From Priapulus caudatus (Eukaryota), in assembly GCF_000485595.1 (NCBI RefSeq), contig NW_014577078.1, positions 1,376,977-1,440,976 on the forward strand: a DNA stretch of 64,000 nt, in the 5' to 3' direction. Of this stretch, positions 13,727-51,783 are shown piece by piece (position 1 is the stretch's first letter; each line of letters opens with the position of its first letter). Below the pieces are notes generated by a model. That model had not been told where the DNA came from, ran no database searches, and was given only the letters and a program-made list of their open reading frames with translations. The position numbers and the translations under genes are program-made.

Positions 13727-14915
13727 AATATATCAAATAGTATAAATTGTACAGTAGCTGTAGGTAATAAATAAATGATGGGAGCAACGCACACAGGTTT
13801 CGGTGTACATACCCGAAAGTTATAACATTCTTTACGCTTTAATTAGCCAGATTCACTTTAATGTGTGTGGCATTATTTTCGCATAGTCATTAGTATGTAG
13901 CACACGGTTGCAGATTCATTGTTACATAAGTAGCATCGCATAGGCCTATACTTGTTACGACTTATGAAATGACTTGCAGTTTACAGTAAACACCGAAATA
14001 AGCAAGTCACGGGGGCAGGCGTCATCGAACATCCTTTGAAAACGAATTTCTGTTCTGCAGGCCAGAATATTGAATAGTTAACTTTGCCACGGATTTTCTG
14101 CCGAGAACGACATTTTGTCGCCTAAACGTTCCCCCTCGACGTCTGTCACCGTTTTGACTAATTCACGACATTTCGTACGTACGTCGTGCCATGCATAGGC
14201 CTATGACCTTCGGAGTAACTATGACCTTCGGATGACAGCGTGATGTAAATCCTCGAAGATTAGTCATGGCGCCTAACTTCCGCATGTATAGCTCTAACTA
14301 GTAATCCTATTGCACCATTAGAATGAACCCGACATCGCTGCTCCTAGCGACACATAACGTTTATCTGAGAGTGAGGAGGCGTATTGCTAAGTGCTGATAG
14401 CATTCCTTTGCTTCTGAACACGACTCTTGAAATCCGATGTATCCTAACCAAGGTTCCTCTACTTTGAAATAAAGTACTTCCATAATGAAAATATATTCAA
14501 AATGTGCATAAAATCGACAATAATAATGGCCCACTTTCTAAACAACATGATTTCTAACAGCCACGTGGTATGTTCTACAACAGTGAATGCCATCAAACGT
14601 TGTCTACGTTGTGCAACAAACAAGCCGCCACGTAACTTTCCAGTAGAGATATACAATTCTGTTAAATGGTTATTGGCCTGTTATTACACATTAATCATAT
14701 AATTATATATACATTAAGTGCAATTGCTCAAATGTGGGCGAAATGCCGGCATCGCATGGCTGTCACAGACAGATTGGATTCAATGCGGTGTATCCTGGCT
14801 CGCGCAGCTCAAAATAATTGCTAGTTAACAGACAGCATTGTTAGACTAGTTTCTTTAGTGTGGAAATGACCATGAATCCAATAGGAGGCACAGCATGACA
14901 AGTTGTATTAGTTCC

Positions 14916-14917
<2 letters not shown>

Positions 14918-15002
<85 letters not shown>
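14918..15002. repeat. (TA)n(GA)n compound microsatellite
   Basis: Direct inspection. Confidence 0.95.
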
Positions 15003-15005
<3 letters not shown>

Positions 15006-17032
15006 GATATTAATGGACTATATAATCCAGAGTAGACCGAATACAATCTATGTATGTGTTATGGATCTATGTTGAAGGTGCCAATGAGAATACCCCATGT
15101 TCAACGAAAGGTAATGAGACACCCAGTCGCAAATGTGTATTTGGCATATACGGAACCTGTATCGTGTATAGGCCATGATCGATATAGCCGCCTACAGAAA
15201 ATATTTTATATATCAACTGACATAACGCGCAATTCTGGGCAAATGACTGCCCAATTTACAATTCATGATTTGTTCATCCATTGCATAATTTTTATATCAA
15301 ATTCAGATTAGGTGGAATAAATGGATGATTGTCTAGGAGGCAAGACGAGGTCGAGAAGGGGAGACGGTCGATGAGATCGAGGAGGGGACGAATGTGGAGA
15401 AGGAAACAGAGGGAGACAGTGGAAGATGTAGGAAGAAAAGTCCACTTTCTCTCCGGTACCCTCAACCCTTTCAATACATTCTGCTTAACTCTATCTATTC
15501 CTCTCCTACCCTTGTGTACCCTCTGCATCTTCCACCTAACTGATCTTTCTCTCTTTTCTACCTTTTCCACTCCTCTACCGCATAAGCACTTCCTCTTTCA
15601 TTGACCTCCTCCCCCTCTCCCCATCATCTGCGTTCTCCTCTTCTTCTACCCTATCAGCTTCTCGACATTCATCATTTACTTCTTATACTTCTAGTCGGTT
15701 ATTGTTTGATCCTTATATTGTGTTGATTACTTTGTGTACGTGTTGGAAATTTTTGAGTGGCTTTCGGAGTTGTTCGGTAAACTTTAATCGCCTTTCGGTC
15801 ATTAATTGGACCGATCCCTCATTGCGTACATACATATCTATGTACGCAGTGATGAACGACGCGTTTCAGTATAATATTGTGTGAAGGATCTGGATCACGA
15901 TTTCTCATCGTAACATTGACGTGGAATTGAATCATTGACTGATCCATAAATTGAATGGTGTGTTTCGTGGTCTACGTTTCAAACTAGCAGATCATATATC
16001 TTCGTTGTGTGTTGTGTGTATTGCACATGTAACTATTAAAATGTTCTAATACTTATTTATAGCGTCACTTTTAAAAATAGGTGTGCGTCCACAAAAACTG
16101 GCCACCGTATCTAACTCCGTTTTGCTAATGCAGTATAAATACGTACGGTATTGGGTTGCCACCTGTAGATAAGTATTGCAACTGATTACTATTATGACAG
16201 CGCTGCTCTTTAAATAATGTTAATAGCTTTAGGAAGGCGGTGCTGAGTTAGTTACCTCTATGCTTGAACCATGTGCTCCCGATACATCGAAAAATTACTA
16301 TGAAAGTTCGTATCAGGCACTCTCGCGGTTTACTTTGCTTGCACTAAGTACATTTGATCTTACATTATATTATATCATGCAGTGATACCGCTCTTAATTA
16401 ATATAGTAATTTGTTTGTTTTTAAGTAAAAGGCGTCTCATGTGCTTCAACCAACTGACTGCATATATTTGCCATCTATATTTCTGAATTTAAACTGGGTC
16501 AGTAAGAGTGTGCCAGTGACCTGGATTACCCATGCACCTGTGGTACCATGCTTTGTAGCTGTGTAGGCATGCGTGTACGTATACACGCGCGCGGCTAGTC
16601 TGTCAATTCATGGCTGCCCATCCAGTTACTGTTGTTGCACATCAAAGTGCCATGACCATCGTACAAGCTAGATATCTGTTACATCACATATCCAAGCTAG
16701 CAGTCTGATGATATTTACCATAGCTCCCTTCCGTAAGCGACTGCGCCCTTAGGCACGCTTTCCGTGTGCAACAAATGTGCATATAGCTGAATATGGAATT
16801 GGACATAGAACTATAAACATGGAATTATGCGTCGAGCATGACGTAGTCTAATATCGCATTGATTACTTGCTAACGGAGTCCTAACGGAGATGATCCTTCA
16901 ACTACAAATTCTGTACCCCAACCCTAACCGCAGCACTGACTCCATTTAAAGGAAAAGGTTACGTTACAGTAATTGGTATTTTATACATTTTATCATATAT
17001 ATAATGTATAATATATAAGTGAATAATCAACC

Positions 17033-17162
17033 GCTGCCTGCATGCCTACCTGTCTACCTGCCTGCCTGCCTGCCTGTCTGTGTCTACCTGCCTGCCTATC
17101 TGTCTGCGTCTGTCTGTCTGTCCGTCCTTCCGTCCGTCCGTCTGTCTGTCTCTCTGTCTCTC

Positions 17163-17215
<53 letters not shown>

Positions 17216-17238
17216 CTCTCGCTCTCTCTCTCTCTCTC
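17033..17238. repeat. (CCTG)n/(TCTG)n/(CT)n compound microsatellite
   Basis: Direct inspection. Confidence 0.9.
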
Positions 17239-17641
17239 AATCTAATAACGTTATAACCGAAATGCCCTATCAACCTTCATTACAAAATGAAAATGAGTGA
17301 GACAGCAACCGAAGGTGAGACGCCCAATTGGCATGCATGCTGTGTGCGCCTATGCGCCTGCAGCTGTCTCGATCAAATTATAAACTGGTTTAACATCTTC
17401 AACTTGCAAGTCGGCCTCAACTAGCATTGCTGGTAATGTTTGTGATTTACTTTTTACGGATACAGTACCATATTACACTCTCTATATGCTAACATTGTTT
17501 TCGTTAAACCAAATATACCCGCCGACCAGTTATTATGGTGGTTCGCTTGAGTTAATCTAAAGTCAATGACCGCCATTTATCCTCTATTGCACGCAATCCC
17601 ACCTAACGAGTAGATACATGCGTGCACTATGCATGCATGTT

Positions 17642-17689
<48 letters not shown>

Positions 17690-19736
17690 ATAAACATATA
17701 TGTATGTCTGTTTGTGTGTTGTTGTTGTGTGTGTGTGTGTGTTCGGCGGCTCGGCACTGTGTATGTGTGTGAGTGTGCGTGTGCTGTCGTGCGTATGATG
17801 TGTGTGCGTGCGGTCGCGTGTGTGTATTTGCGCTATATTGCCTTGTGGAAGTGCGCGGCTGTGGTGTGATGTATTGCCTTTGTGTGTGGTTCGTTGCGCA
17901 GCGCCGCGTGTGTGGGTATGCTGCGGTCTGTGTGTACGTTGTATGTTACGTGGCGACGTGTTTGGTTTGCGGTGTGGTGGTGTGTGCTGTGCATTGGTGG
18001 CTGTGTGTGTGCTCGGACGGTGTGTGGTGCGTTATGGGGTGGGGCGCCGGCGGTGTGATCTGTAGTGGATATGCCTGGGTGCCCCACAGCCGGTGGCCGC
18101 GTGCGTTGCGGGCGGGTTATGGAAGGTGGGGGGTGTGCCACGGTTGTGGAGTGGCGGTGGGGGGCCGTGGGAGGTTGACATGGTCAGACACACGTGGGCA
18201 CGTTTGGGCACGTTTGCTTACGGCCATAGCGCAGTAGTACGGTCGCGTGCGGGGGCGGGTTTAGAGTACGAGTGTAAGGAGGGAATACAGACACGATAGA
18301 TCTTTCACCAGCAACAGAGCTGGCTCTATGCTTAGAAGACGCTCGCTCGCGCGCGCGCGGTGGGGGCCGTGAGTTGGCAGTTGCCGTGGGGCGTGCGGGG
18401 AGGGGGTAGGCGCCGGGGGCGCGGCGCGGCGGTGCGGGCGACGCCCCGGGGGGGTGGGGTGCGTGGTGTCTTGACGGGAAAAGTACGTTTAAAATCGGTT
18501 TCACGGCTAGTAGGTACGCGCGCCTCATTAGCCAAAATACTTTTCTGGCTTATTTGCAGCACACTCTCGAGCCTACGTGGGTAGTCAAAAACCGTGCGTG
18601 CCTATCAACAGAACTCATCAAAATAAAAAAATTCTCGCCGAGGGTGAATGAATTATTTTAGGGTGAATTGACAGGGCTGGATTCAGGGCCGTTGCTAGCT
18701 TGTTTTAAAGCGGGGTGGGCCATGACATGATGTACGCATAGATATTAAAATTTCATGTTGACATAAGGGTGCGCGAAGCGCACATTACGAAGCGCGTATA
18801 GTTGCCTTCATTGCCAGGGCGTTCAGCGGCGCTAGGCCCCTGAAGCTAAGGTTTAGAGCTTTCTGGATACGGATCTGCAGCCTTATTTGGGAGCGATTTT
18901 TGCACACATTTTGGGCCAATATTTTAGAAAATAAATTTTGGTTTGAGTCAAGACGTCAGAATGCATTGCAGTCAATGAATTGTGCAACGAATTGAGCTTG
19001 CCGGCGCTAATAACTAATTCCCGCGTCGATAAACTCTGGGAAAAAAGGCGCGCGGGCCGCACCCATAGCACCCTCCCCCCTTCGGAATGGCTCATGGATG
19101 AAACAGCAAAAGCGTCTGTAGACTTAATTTACATCGGTAATAATGAATATCTCGCTATACTTAAAAAATGCATTGCCATTAAAGTCGTTAGTAATTAAGC
19201 TCTTATTGCACTGCAGCTAAAAATTTGATATGTTTTTTCTCTCTACCTTGTGTTTTCTAATTTCAAAGTAGCAGGATATTTTGCTAAATTTGACCGTAAT
19301 ATAAACCTTATTGTGGCAAGGCCAGGACGTATTCTAGTAGGATTCATTAAGATGATACAATGGCAACATAGGTGGCAGGATCGCCATAAGACAACTATTG
19401 AACTATAAATTTACTTACGAGTTGTCAATTTAGGCACTTTTCTGATAAAACTAGAATTCTACATAATAAGCAGATCTGAAGCACAGTTTTGGGCAATCTA
19501 AAGTTAGATTGTGCAAGATTTCGCGAGTAAGACGAAAATTACCAAACGAAAGAAATTAGGGTCGGGCCGGGTAAATAAAAATTTTTGCGATAAAAGACGG
19601 TTAGACTGGCGTGGGACGGAGGGTGAATGCTGTGGCAATACGTTTAAGAGAGCACTGCACCATAGCGCCACTATTTTATCAGTTTTATAGAGNNNNNNNN
19701 NNNNNNNNNNNNNNNNNTGTGCGTGTGCGTGTGCGT

Positions 19737-19791
<55 letters not shown>

Positions 19792-20929
19792 CGTGTGTGT
19801 GTGTGACAGCTCGCTGTAGTTATTGCAGGTAGTAATTTGTGAGGAATTTGAGCAGAGCACGTGGGTAGATGAGCACATTTCTCTTTGAAACGTTCATTTA
19901 TTCAAACCAGTAAAGACCCTTGTTAATCGAATCATTTAAAAAAATTGTAATTGTTCCAAAATATATTTTCTGTTTTTGTCATTTTTTATAGTTTGACAGT
20001 GTTATACCAACAATTTTTGATCGTTGTAATCCAATGTAAACGCACACACTCACAAACACAGCACCCCTATGTCGTCGAGCTTTGCCGTGGTATTTACGCC
20101 CATCTAGCCCATATATATCCAAATCAAAAAACGTTTCTCATTAAATCATGCAGAAATGCACGAAAGGACACAAATGTTCAATTTCTTTGCAACCCTCGTT
20201 TCTCATATAAATTACTCATATAAATATATTAATTCTCATGAATTGAACCTAATGCTTGTATCAATATATGCTTCTTAGCAGTATGTTTGCAACACAACTC
20301 AGGAAGCAGTGTTGTTTATTTTACCAAATTAAAATGACAGATAACACTAAAAAACGAGCTGGAAACTGTTGCTACATCAAACACAAATGAAGGTCTACCA
20401 CTCAACAATTCACACTAGCCTCTTTCAGAAATTTCTATGTTTTAATTATTGCTTTAACTAGGTTAAAACATTTTATTAATGCAAGAGTTTGTGGATATAT
20501 TATATTTCGCTATTTCTTTATACTAAAAAATACCAGCAAATACACGCATTTTTACAGCAATTTCGTGACTTCCTCAGTTTAAATACTTGTCAGGGAAAGC
20601 CATGTTGACAGTGGTTACGGAATAATTCATTTACGGTAGAGGATTCATGATACCGCGCGAGCAAGCAATTAATAACGATGTGTTATAAACGCTACTTTTG
20701 CCCCAAGCAATTATAGTTCGTGTTCACACCCTACCTTCACCTTTCCTCCTCATTTTCCTCTCGCTCAACTCATTTCTCCCTCTCCATCTCTCTCTTTCTT
20801 CACAAATTTATTCACTATTGCATCCATTTATTTACAAGACCATCACGCCATATTATATGCGTGTGTAAATAAATAAATAAATACACAAATATAAAAAGAT
20901 AGATAGACAGAATGTCTTCATCCACTTAC

Positions 20930-21064
20930 CATGTAGCGTGATATTGAAGCTTCGCAGACCGATTTTTACCCCGACCCTTGCTTCTATTTTGATGTCGCTA
21001 AATGCTTTGTAAGGACATGCTATATTAGCCTCTCCCACGTGCCAATCAGAGCCATACGTGCACA
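20930..21064 (-). CDS. DUOXA: DUOXA coding exon 3 (135 nt)
   Basis: ttctag|TG...CATG|gtaagt; SDWHVG..PYKAFS..VKIGLRSFNITLH. Confidence 0.93.
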
Positions 21065-22392
21065 CTAGAAATGAAAAGAAGGAAAATATATTACAACCTA
21101 TACAATATTATTCTTAATACATTTATATTATTACATGACATATATTTTTTACATGTTTTGTGTGTTTATTTGCATGTATGTCTGTTTGTTTATGTGCGTG
21201 CGTGTGTACTTGTTTGGTTTATATGAGTTACTTACTGTCTGTTTACTTTCATATACGTATAATAACAGGTTGTTATTTTACATTATTTATACTGTTACAG
21301 CATTCAATTAGGTAATAAATATGTTTATTATGAACGAAATTCGTCGCTGAAAGTTCGTTTATCACATATTTATTTACGCAATTAATCAAGTATATATATA
21401 TATATATATATATTATATAATATATATGATATATATATATAATATATAAAATATAGTGTGTGGGTGTGTCCCAGGTACAGCCCGCGATTATGTGTGCTCA
21501 AAATGTGTTTTCGCTTGCGTTTTCAACTTTCACGGTTAAGCCCCTGTGTAGACTGACTGCACAGGTAGCTTGGCCCATATTTTACACTGAGTTTTTAAAA
21601 GGTGAGAGAGACTGTATTCTTTTTTTGAAGGCGGCCGCATATAATCTTTTGTGGGAATAAGTTGTCTCTGCAAGAGTTGGATTTTTTCAGCAATGTATAT
21701 TGTGTGGTTGCAGAAAGTGCGCTGACGTACCCGCACGCGCGCTCATGTGTGTGATGTTGTGTGTGTGTGTGGTGTGCGTGCGTGCGTGCGCGAGCGGTGT
21801 GTGTGGGGGGGCGGTATGTGTCTGCGTGTGCGTGTATGCCGCGTGCGTGCGTTGTTGTAATTGAATGTTGTTTTCGCGTGTGTGCTAACAGTGCGTGTGT
21901 AAGGTGCACCCTCGCTGCCTTATGCAAACTGGAATTCCTTTACAGTGGAGTCGACTCGAAAGTAAGCAATAGGGGTATACCATAAAAGAGTGACTGTGCA
22001 GACGTTGAATCGGACAGAAGTAAGTGGTAGCATAAAAAGGAGCGCTCCGGAGCAAACCTAGTGAGTGGGCTTACAATTTGCGCGCGTATTGTCTCCGTGT
22101 CCTCAAAAACATTTGCGAATAACGATGTAACAATAACGAGCAGTATCTATTGCAAAAGTAAACCCGATGCACGCATGCCGCGAACATTACTGGGAAACCT
22201 GTATAATTAATTGCATGCTGTTTTGAAATCAAGTAGGCAATATGATACAAAAATTAGAATTGGGATAGATTGAGAACATGTCTACACGACTGGTATGTCC
22301 TAGAAGAGACAGACCAAATCTTGAAGAACGAGAAAACTGGCAATTAAAACGATGTTCTGTGTCGGTGTTTGTGTGATTTGTGTGTGTGTGTG

Positions 22393-22456
<64 letters not shown>

Positions 22457-23880
22457 GTTTATATACTAGTTCATGTTAGACATAATCTATCTACAGTTAT
22501 ATTCAATTTGTTAATCCAATCTATCACTAACGTTAATTATATGACGAATACTCTAGTGAGTAGGAACCCCTGTTTATATTTCAAGCTAATGTTGTTTACT
22601 CGCCTATTGTCTCACTAATACATTAGATATGGAGCAAGGGTAATTTTCTGATGGGGATAAAATTTCATTGCTATTTATCCTTGGTTATCTGTCGAGCTAG
22701 TCCAAACACAATTACGTGACTGACCTTCAGGCCTAATGCGGTATATACAATGCAAATAGTATATAACCTACGGGGCTCTCTAACATTTAAATAGTACAAA
22801 CTGCTATAATCCTAAACAAAATGTTATTTATATTGCAGCATAAATGAAGCTTGATTCACTAATCAAAGACCATAACGCATAACGCATATCCGCGTAATGC
22901 TCGCTATTATATCAAGAGTCTATCAATAATTGATTGATATTGATAGACTCCTGATTATATTAGAGAGCACAATATCGTATAGTGCAGTACGTGTAGACTA
23001 TGGTACGAATGCACTGGTTGTACTTGGCACTAGCAAAACAGTTTTCGCTGTTTGTAGTGTACCCGTAACACGCTCTAATAAATCGATGTAATGTGGCTAA
23101 AGTGGCTTTGCGTGATACGCCTGACGCGAGCCACTCTACACCAATGAATTGCTGTATGGGAAGGAAATTGTCGAAAAAAGGAATCGTACAGCCCGCGTTT
23201 TTACTTACCTAAAATGACAGTCCCAACAAAAAGGCTGACAGTGACCGCAAAGAACGTCTTGAATCTCTGGAAATGAGAGCGAAGTACGTGTCAGCGAAAG
23301 GTATATGTGCTATCTGAGTGCATTAAGTAGCTATATTATAACACTACCGACAATCGAGGTCAGTTAACCACGTGTGGGTTTGATATTGCATTCCCCCGTG
23401 TTCATGACCTTATGTAAACCATGAATGACATTGAAACATTGTATGAACAATGTAAATTGGACGAAAGCAAAGTTACCCATTTAACGACTAGATATTGTAG
23501 ATTGCAGCCGGATTCTGCGTTCTTGTCCATATAGGTAAACTAATATTGTATCGAGCTAGGCTACAATTCGTAATACAGCATGCAATATAAGGCAACCATT
23601 GTCTATAATCCACACGCGAGTCATTTCGGTTAGGTCATGCGTTTTCCATCATACACTAGGTAACATTCCCGCGTTCTCTTGTATCAACCGAATATTATAT
23701 GTCTACGTTGTTTACCTCTTTGCGGATTCCAGGCAAGATGATGAGGAATGCGAACATGAACATAATGAAGAGAATGTACAGCGCCACGAGGAGAGCATCT
23801 TGCGTTACGGACGTCCTGTTCTCTCCGTAGAGGGTAGGCCCTCCTTCAGAGCGAAACGCGTCGAACCACCCATTCGCCAT
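20930..23880 (-). CDS. DUOXA: Dual oxidase maturation factor (DUOXA / NIP family), partial: coding exons 23880..23716, 23266..23209, 21064..20930
   Basis: Spliced product MANGWFDAFRSEGGPTLYGENRTSV...FLIILPGIRKE|RFKTFFAVTVSLFVGTVIL|VCTYGSDWHVGEANIACPYKAFSDIKIEARVGVKIGLRSFNITLH; ILPGIR, SLFxG, YKAFS and GLxxxNITL are DUOXA motifs; GT-AG sites, phases 0,1,1 consistent. Confidence 0.95.
23209..23266 (-). CDS. DUOXA: DUOXA coding exon 2 (58 nt)
   Basis: ttccag|AGATTC...TTAG|gtaagt; RFKTFFAVTVSLFVGTVIL (TM2). Confidence 0.9.
23716..23880 (-). CDS. DUOXA: DUOXA coding exon 1 (165 nt)
   Basis: ATG at 23880, TM1 and ILPGIR, donor GAG|GTAAAC. Confidence 0.93.
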
Positions 23881-24175
23881 AATGACCTTTTGCGTCCTAT
23901 GCCTAGATACACGGCAAACTATTTATCTTGCGAGTATTGCTTAGATTATTCGCAGTGCGTGCACCTCAGCTAGGACCGAGTGTAGGGCATGGTAGCACCG
24001 TAACCACACAGCAGTATATGTGTTACTAGAGGTAATAGATGCCCAACAATAATAGCATGGCAGCCCTGCCGTGGGCAATCTGATTTCCCAGCACAAGCAA
24101 CAGCATTTCCCATAACAAGCAAACTAGTACAGTTACACCCATATCACCCATAAGCAATTAGGTACGCGTTAACAT

Positions 24176-24234
<59 letters not shown>

Positions 24235-24339
24235 TTCTGCTGTGCTTAAGGTGGCATGCATAGAAAACGATCAAAACAAGTCATTGACGCGTACGCTCGC
24301 TCCGCTCCACAGCACCGGCGTCTGCCTTTTACTCACCGC

Positions 24340-25527
24340 GACTGGACTCCTTCAATCGCTGAGAAATACCGGCATATAGGACACGACGGGACCGCCTGCT
24401 TGCTTATATTCCAGTTACGGCGTGCGTGCGCGGGAAATACACGCGCGTGTAGTCGTGTATCGGCACCAGTTCCGGTTCCAATCGCGGGGGTGCGATATAC
24501 ATGCACGATTCACACACGTTGCTAACGAGCCCGAGCACGACTCAACCAGTCCTCTCTAATCCGAGACACGAGTCTGAGAGGAGTGCGTGACGTTGAGGCG
24601 CATACATATATATATATATATATATATAACTATCCGCTGAGACTATATGCGTATATCCGCGCGCACCGTCACGAAAGGCGAGTGCGGGACGCCGTGTATA
24701 CCTGCACAACTGTATCAGAAGTGGAGCAACTGCGTGTCACTGCGCCGGCCGACGTGAAATTGTACACGCCTCCCGATATCACCTTCACTTTTATGCCTCA
24801 TAGAGAAGCATACACGGTCGTCCTTAACATAGTTTCGGATGCAACTTGAATGCCCCGATCATTGCCGCATAGAGATTACCTTAGACTGGGTCCGAGCGCA
24901 CGTGCGGGACCGCGATGACGTCGACAAGGCCCTCTGCGGAAGGGGGCGTGGCCTGTAGATTCCTGTTCGCTGTGACGTCACTAGCAAAAGACTATCTCGC
25001 AGTGGCGTAATAGGTCCGGACATCACGAGCTAACTTCTCTCTACGTGCTGTCTTGTCGTGACGTAAATGTAGCACGAGTCGGCTATATTTAGGTCGACGC
25101 GATTACTTAGTAGTCGGTGCGAAATCAAAATTAGTCTACGGCAGTATAGCGGCGTCCACAGCTGCTCCGATACATGACCAGCAACACAGCGTCTGCATGA
25201 GCAGACGACAGAACGCCACCTACCTGCATCACGTCACGTAGGCCGCGCGCGTCACGTTTTTTTCTCGATTACCGATTAATTTCGCTGCTGTTCGGTTAAA
25301 CGCCGCCGCTTGACGACGCCTTTTTTTTACACACGCTGCCGGTGTGACGCTCGGAGGAAGTCAGCCAGAGAACGCACGACGCTGAGTGGAGTAGGACACG
25401 GGGAGAACGGGGAGGCGCATTGGCGGAGACGCAGCCGACCGTGTCAGATAGGACAGCGAACTCTCGGCGATCACGACACGGCTCTGACGTCGTAGTCCCC
25501 AGCTGGCAAACCTCGCTGCTAGTGGCA
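24340..25527. promoter_or_regulatory. Putative bidirectional DUOXA/DUOX promoter region
   Basis: Lies between divergent start codons; CpG-rich; GC box GGGGCGTGGC 24943..24952; palindromic CRE TGACGTCA 24973..24980; TGACGTAA 25059..25066; further TGACG/CGTCA half-sites. Confidence 0.6.
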
Positions 25528-49643
<24,116 letters not shown>

Positions 49644-49960
49644 CCAGCTGTCGCAGAGCCCGTACGGACAACGGTATAGAGTGCTTGCAAAATCGAGCTG
49701 TAGCCTGATACGTTATCAATGCCGAGTGTATACTATTGTAGAATAATTAGAGAGTTCGGGTAAATATGCATGCACTGCAACTGTGTACGTAAAGCGCTTT
49801 TAATCTAACCTGGCTAGCGTAGAAATGTAATTAGGTAAAAGTGCGTTTAAATATCATTTCAACGAGAGTAACCGGCCGTTAAATAGGAAACATGCATCAC
49901 TGCAGACGACATGTAACAGTAAACGTTTTCGGCAATATATATATATATATATATATATAT

Positions 49961-49992
<32 letters not shown>

Positions 49993-50091
49993 AGAACAAT
50001 CATTGTGTTAGCTAGCCAATCACGAAGGCACACTTCCCGATCGATCTATAACTGAAACATGACGTCAAAACAAATCGAAGATCATTACGCC

Positions 50092-50097
50092 AATAAA
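50092..50097 (+). promoter_or_regulatory. Candidate proximal DUOX polyadenylation signal
   Basis: AATAAA about 450 nt after the stop. Confidence 0.3.
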
Positions 50098-50809
50098 GTG
50101 TGATCAAGAAATTCCTAGTTCGTACGCGCTAGCTTTTATTTTTGTCTTGGTACACACATACTAATTTAACACGTCGGTGCCCACATTGAGAGTTTACCGA
50201 AACATGCATTTTCGTGAGGACCAACTTTATACTTGGCGTCGGTTCCCTTAAACAGACTTGAAAAGGTCGGCATACGTTACAGAATTTAACCTTGGTGGCG
50301 GAATCGAATTAAACGTTTACGAAATTACCCTGCCTCCTCGATACCATGAACCTATTTAGTATAGTATCAAACGTGCTCAAAAACGTTTCATTTATCACTC
50401 TGCGAAATCTAAAATGTTACATTTCATTAATGCATGAATATTGCTTGAGGTAAGATTCTGTGAATGGTCATATAGGTAATAATCTGCTAGGGTTTCATTT
50501 GCGCTGGCGAGTTATGCTGTCGTTCATTCAGTGTATATTTGGGTGGATCCTAATATCACTTTTATAAATTTTTGACAGATTATTCTCGCCCAGACTGTAA
50601 ATAGATAACATTTACATTATTTAATAGTGTAAATAGACGATATCTATATATCGATATCGAATATCTCTATCTGGTGATGACCTGTGCTGAAAGAGTGTCA
50701 AGTCGTTCCTAGTTGTCTGAAATCTAGGCAGAGGTGATGTGCACTTACCGTAAGTGCTAGGTCAGGATCGATGAAATGCCAGAAGACATTGCACGCAATC
50801 ATTATTTAA

Positions 50810-51043
50810 GTGCCATACAAACTGCAAAATTTGATCATACATCAAACTAGTCATAGCCAGGCTCAGCCCAGGTACGCGGGACAGTTTAGCACGCATTGAA
50901 CCGAGTCTGGTAGGCTCACTCATGTAGGCTGACTTAGTCCGAGCCAGGTCGTATTTGTTCCCGGAAAACGTGTACAGACTGCGAAAATTGAGTCTTGGCC
51001 ATTAGTTTAATGTAAGATCAAATTTGCAGTGTGTGCGGAGCCC
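50810..51043. repeat. Degenerate MITE-like inverted repeat
   Basis: actgcaaaatttgatc / gatcaaatttgcagt arms; no clear TSD. Confidence 0.35.
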
Positions 51044-51103
51044 AATGTGTGTGTTGCCGTTGCTGTTGTAATTGTTATTGTACAATCGTATTTGTTATTT
51101 TAC

Positions 51104-51113
51104 AATAAATAAA
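51104..51113 (+). promoter_or_regulatory. Candidate distal DUOX polyadenylation signal
   Basis: Overlapping AATAAATAAA with upstream TGTA/T-rich and downstream GT-rich sequence. Confidence 0.4.
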
Positions 51114-51783
51114 TGTTTGCAATATCAAGAATGGCATTTATGTATGTATATACCGTGTTTAAACATACAGCTTGTACAACACGTGTAGACGTATACACTC
51201 CTTTAGCTTGCAAATCAGCGAACGCGTCTGTTCATGAATAGTACTAACATCACGATTTGTCTAACCTTGTCATCTTAACTATGCGATGCTTAATATGTTC
51301 GTACGAATTTATAACCGTCTTGCCGTATCGCACACTTGTGCCGTTTTTAGTCATATCATACAGGCTGTAATGGTTGTATGTGTGGCTCTGAGTCTCTACG
51401 AATCCCCCGTGTCTGTACTTTAATACAATTATATGATTATATAGGTATTACAAGTATAAATTACATGATAACCGAACACGAAGAGGTAAATAAAATGAAC
51501 CTAAACAGTTCTAGCCCCTGCTTGCTATTTCGGCGTCCATTATAGCAAATACTATAATTATCCGCAACTACAGCCTGGGCGCTATGTGACTTGTACTATC
51601 GGTAAAGAGTGTGCCCGAAATTTTATAAATGTTGTGCGTAAGATCTGTAACATTCACACGCTAAGTAATGACTGAATTTCGGCAATAACGCTAACTTAAC
51701 TGAGCTTTTATTAAGGCGAATTTGGGCTAATCTCCATACATATGCGTTTATATTCCTTGAGTGCCTGAGGATGTCCCCTAATC

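Noticed and set aside
14300..16800. Minus-strand AG-initiated open stretches as candidate DUOXA exons (near 14455, 14660, 15200, 16790)
   Set aside because: Translations show no DUOXA motifs
17700..18600. GC-rich Cys/Val/Gly ORFs and apparent CpG island
   Set aside because: Low-complexity garbled sequence next to a (TG)n tract, probably a low-quality read segment; no coherent protein
25420..25527. N-terminal extension of DUOX from the ORF track
   Set aside because: Starts at TTG; the ATG at 25528 has good context and directly precedes the signal peptide
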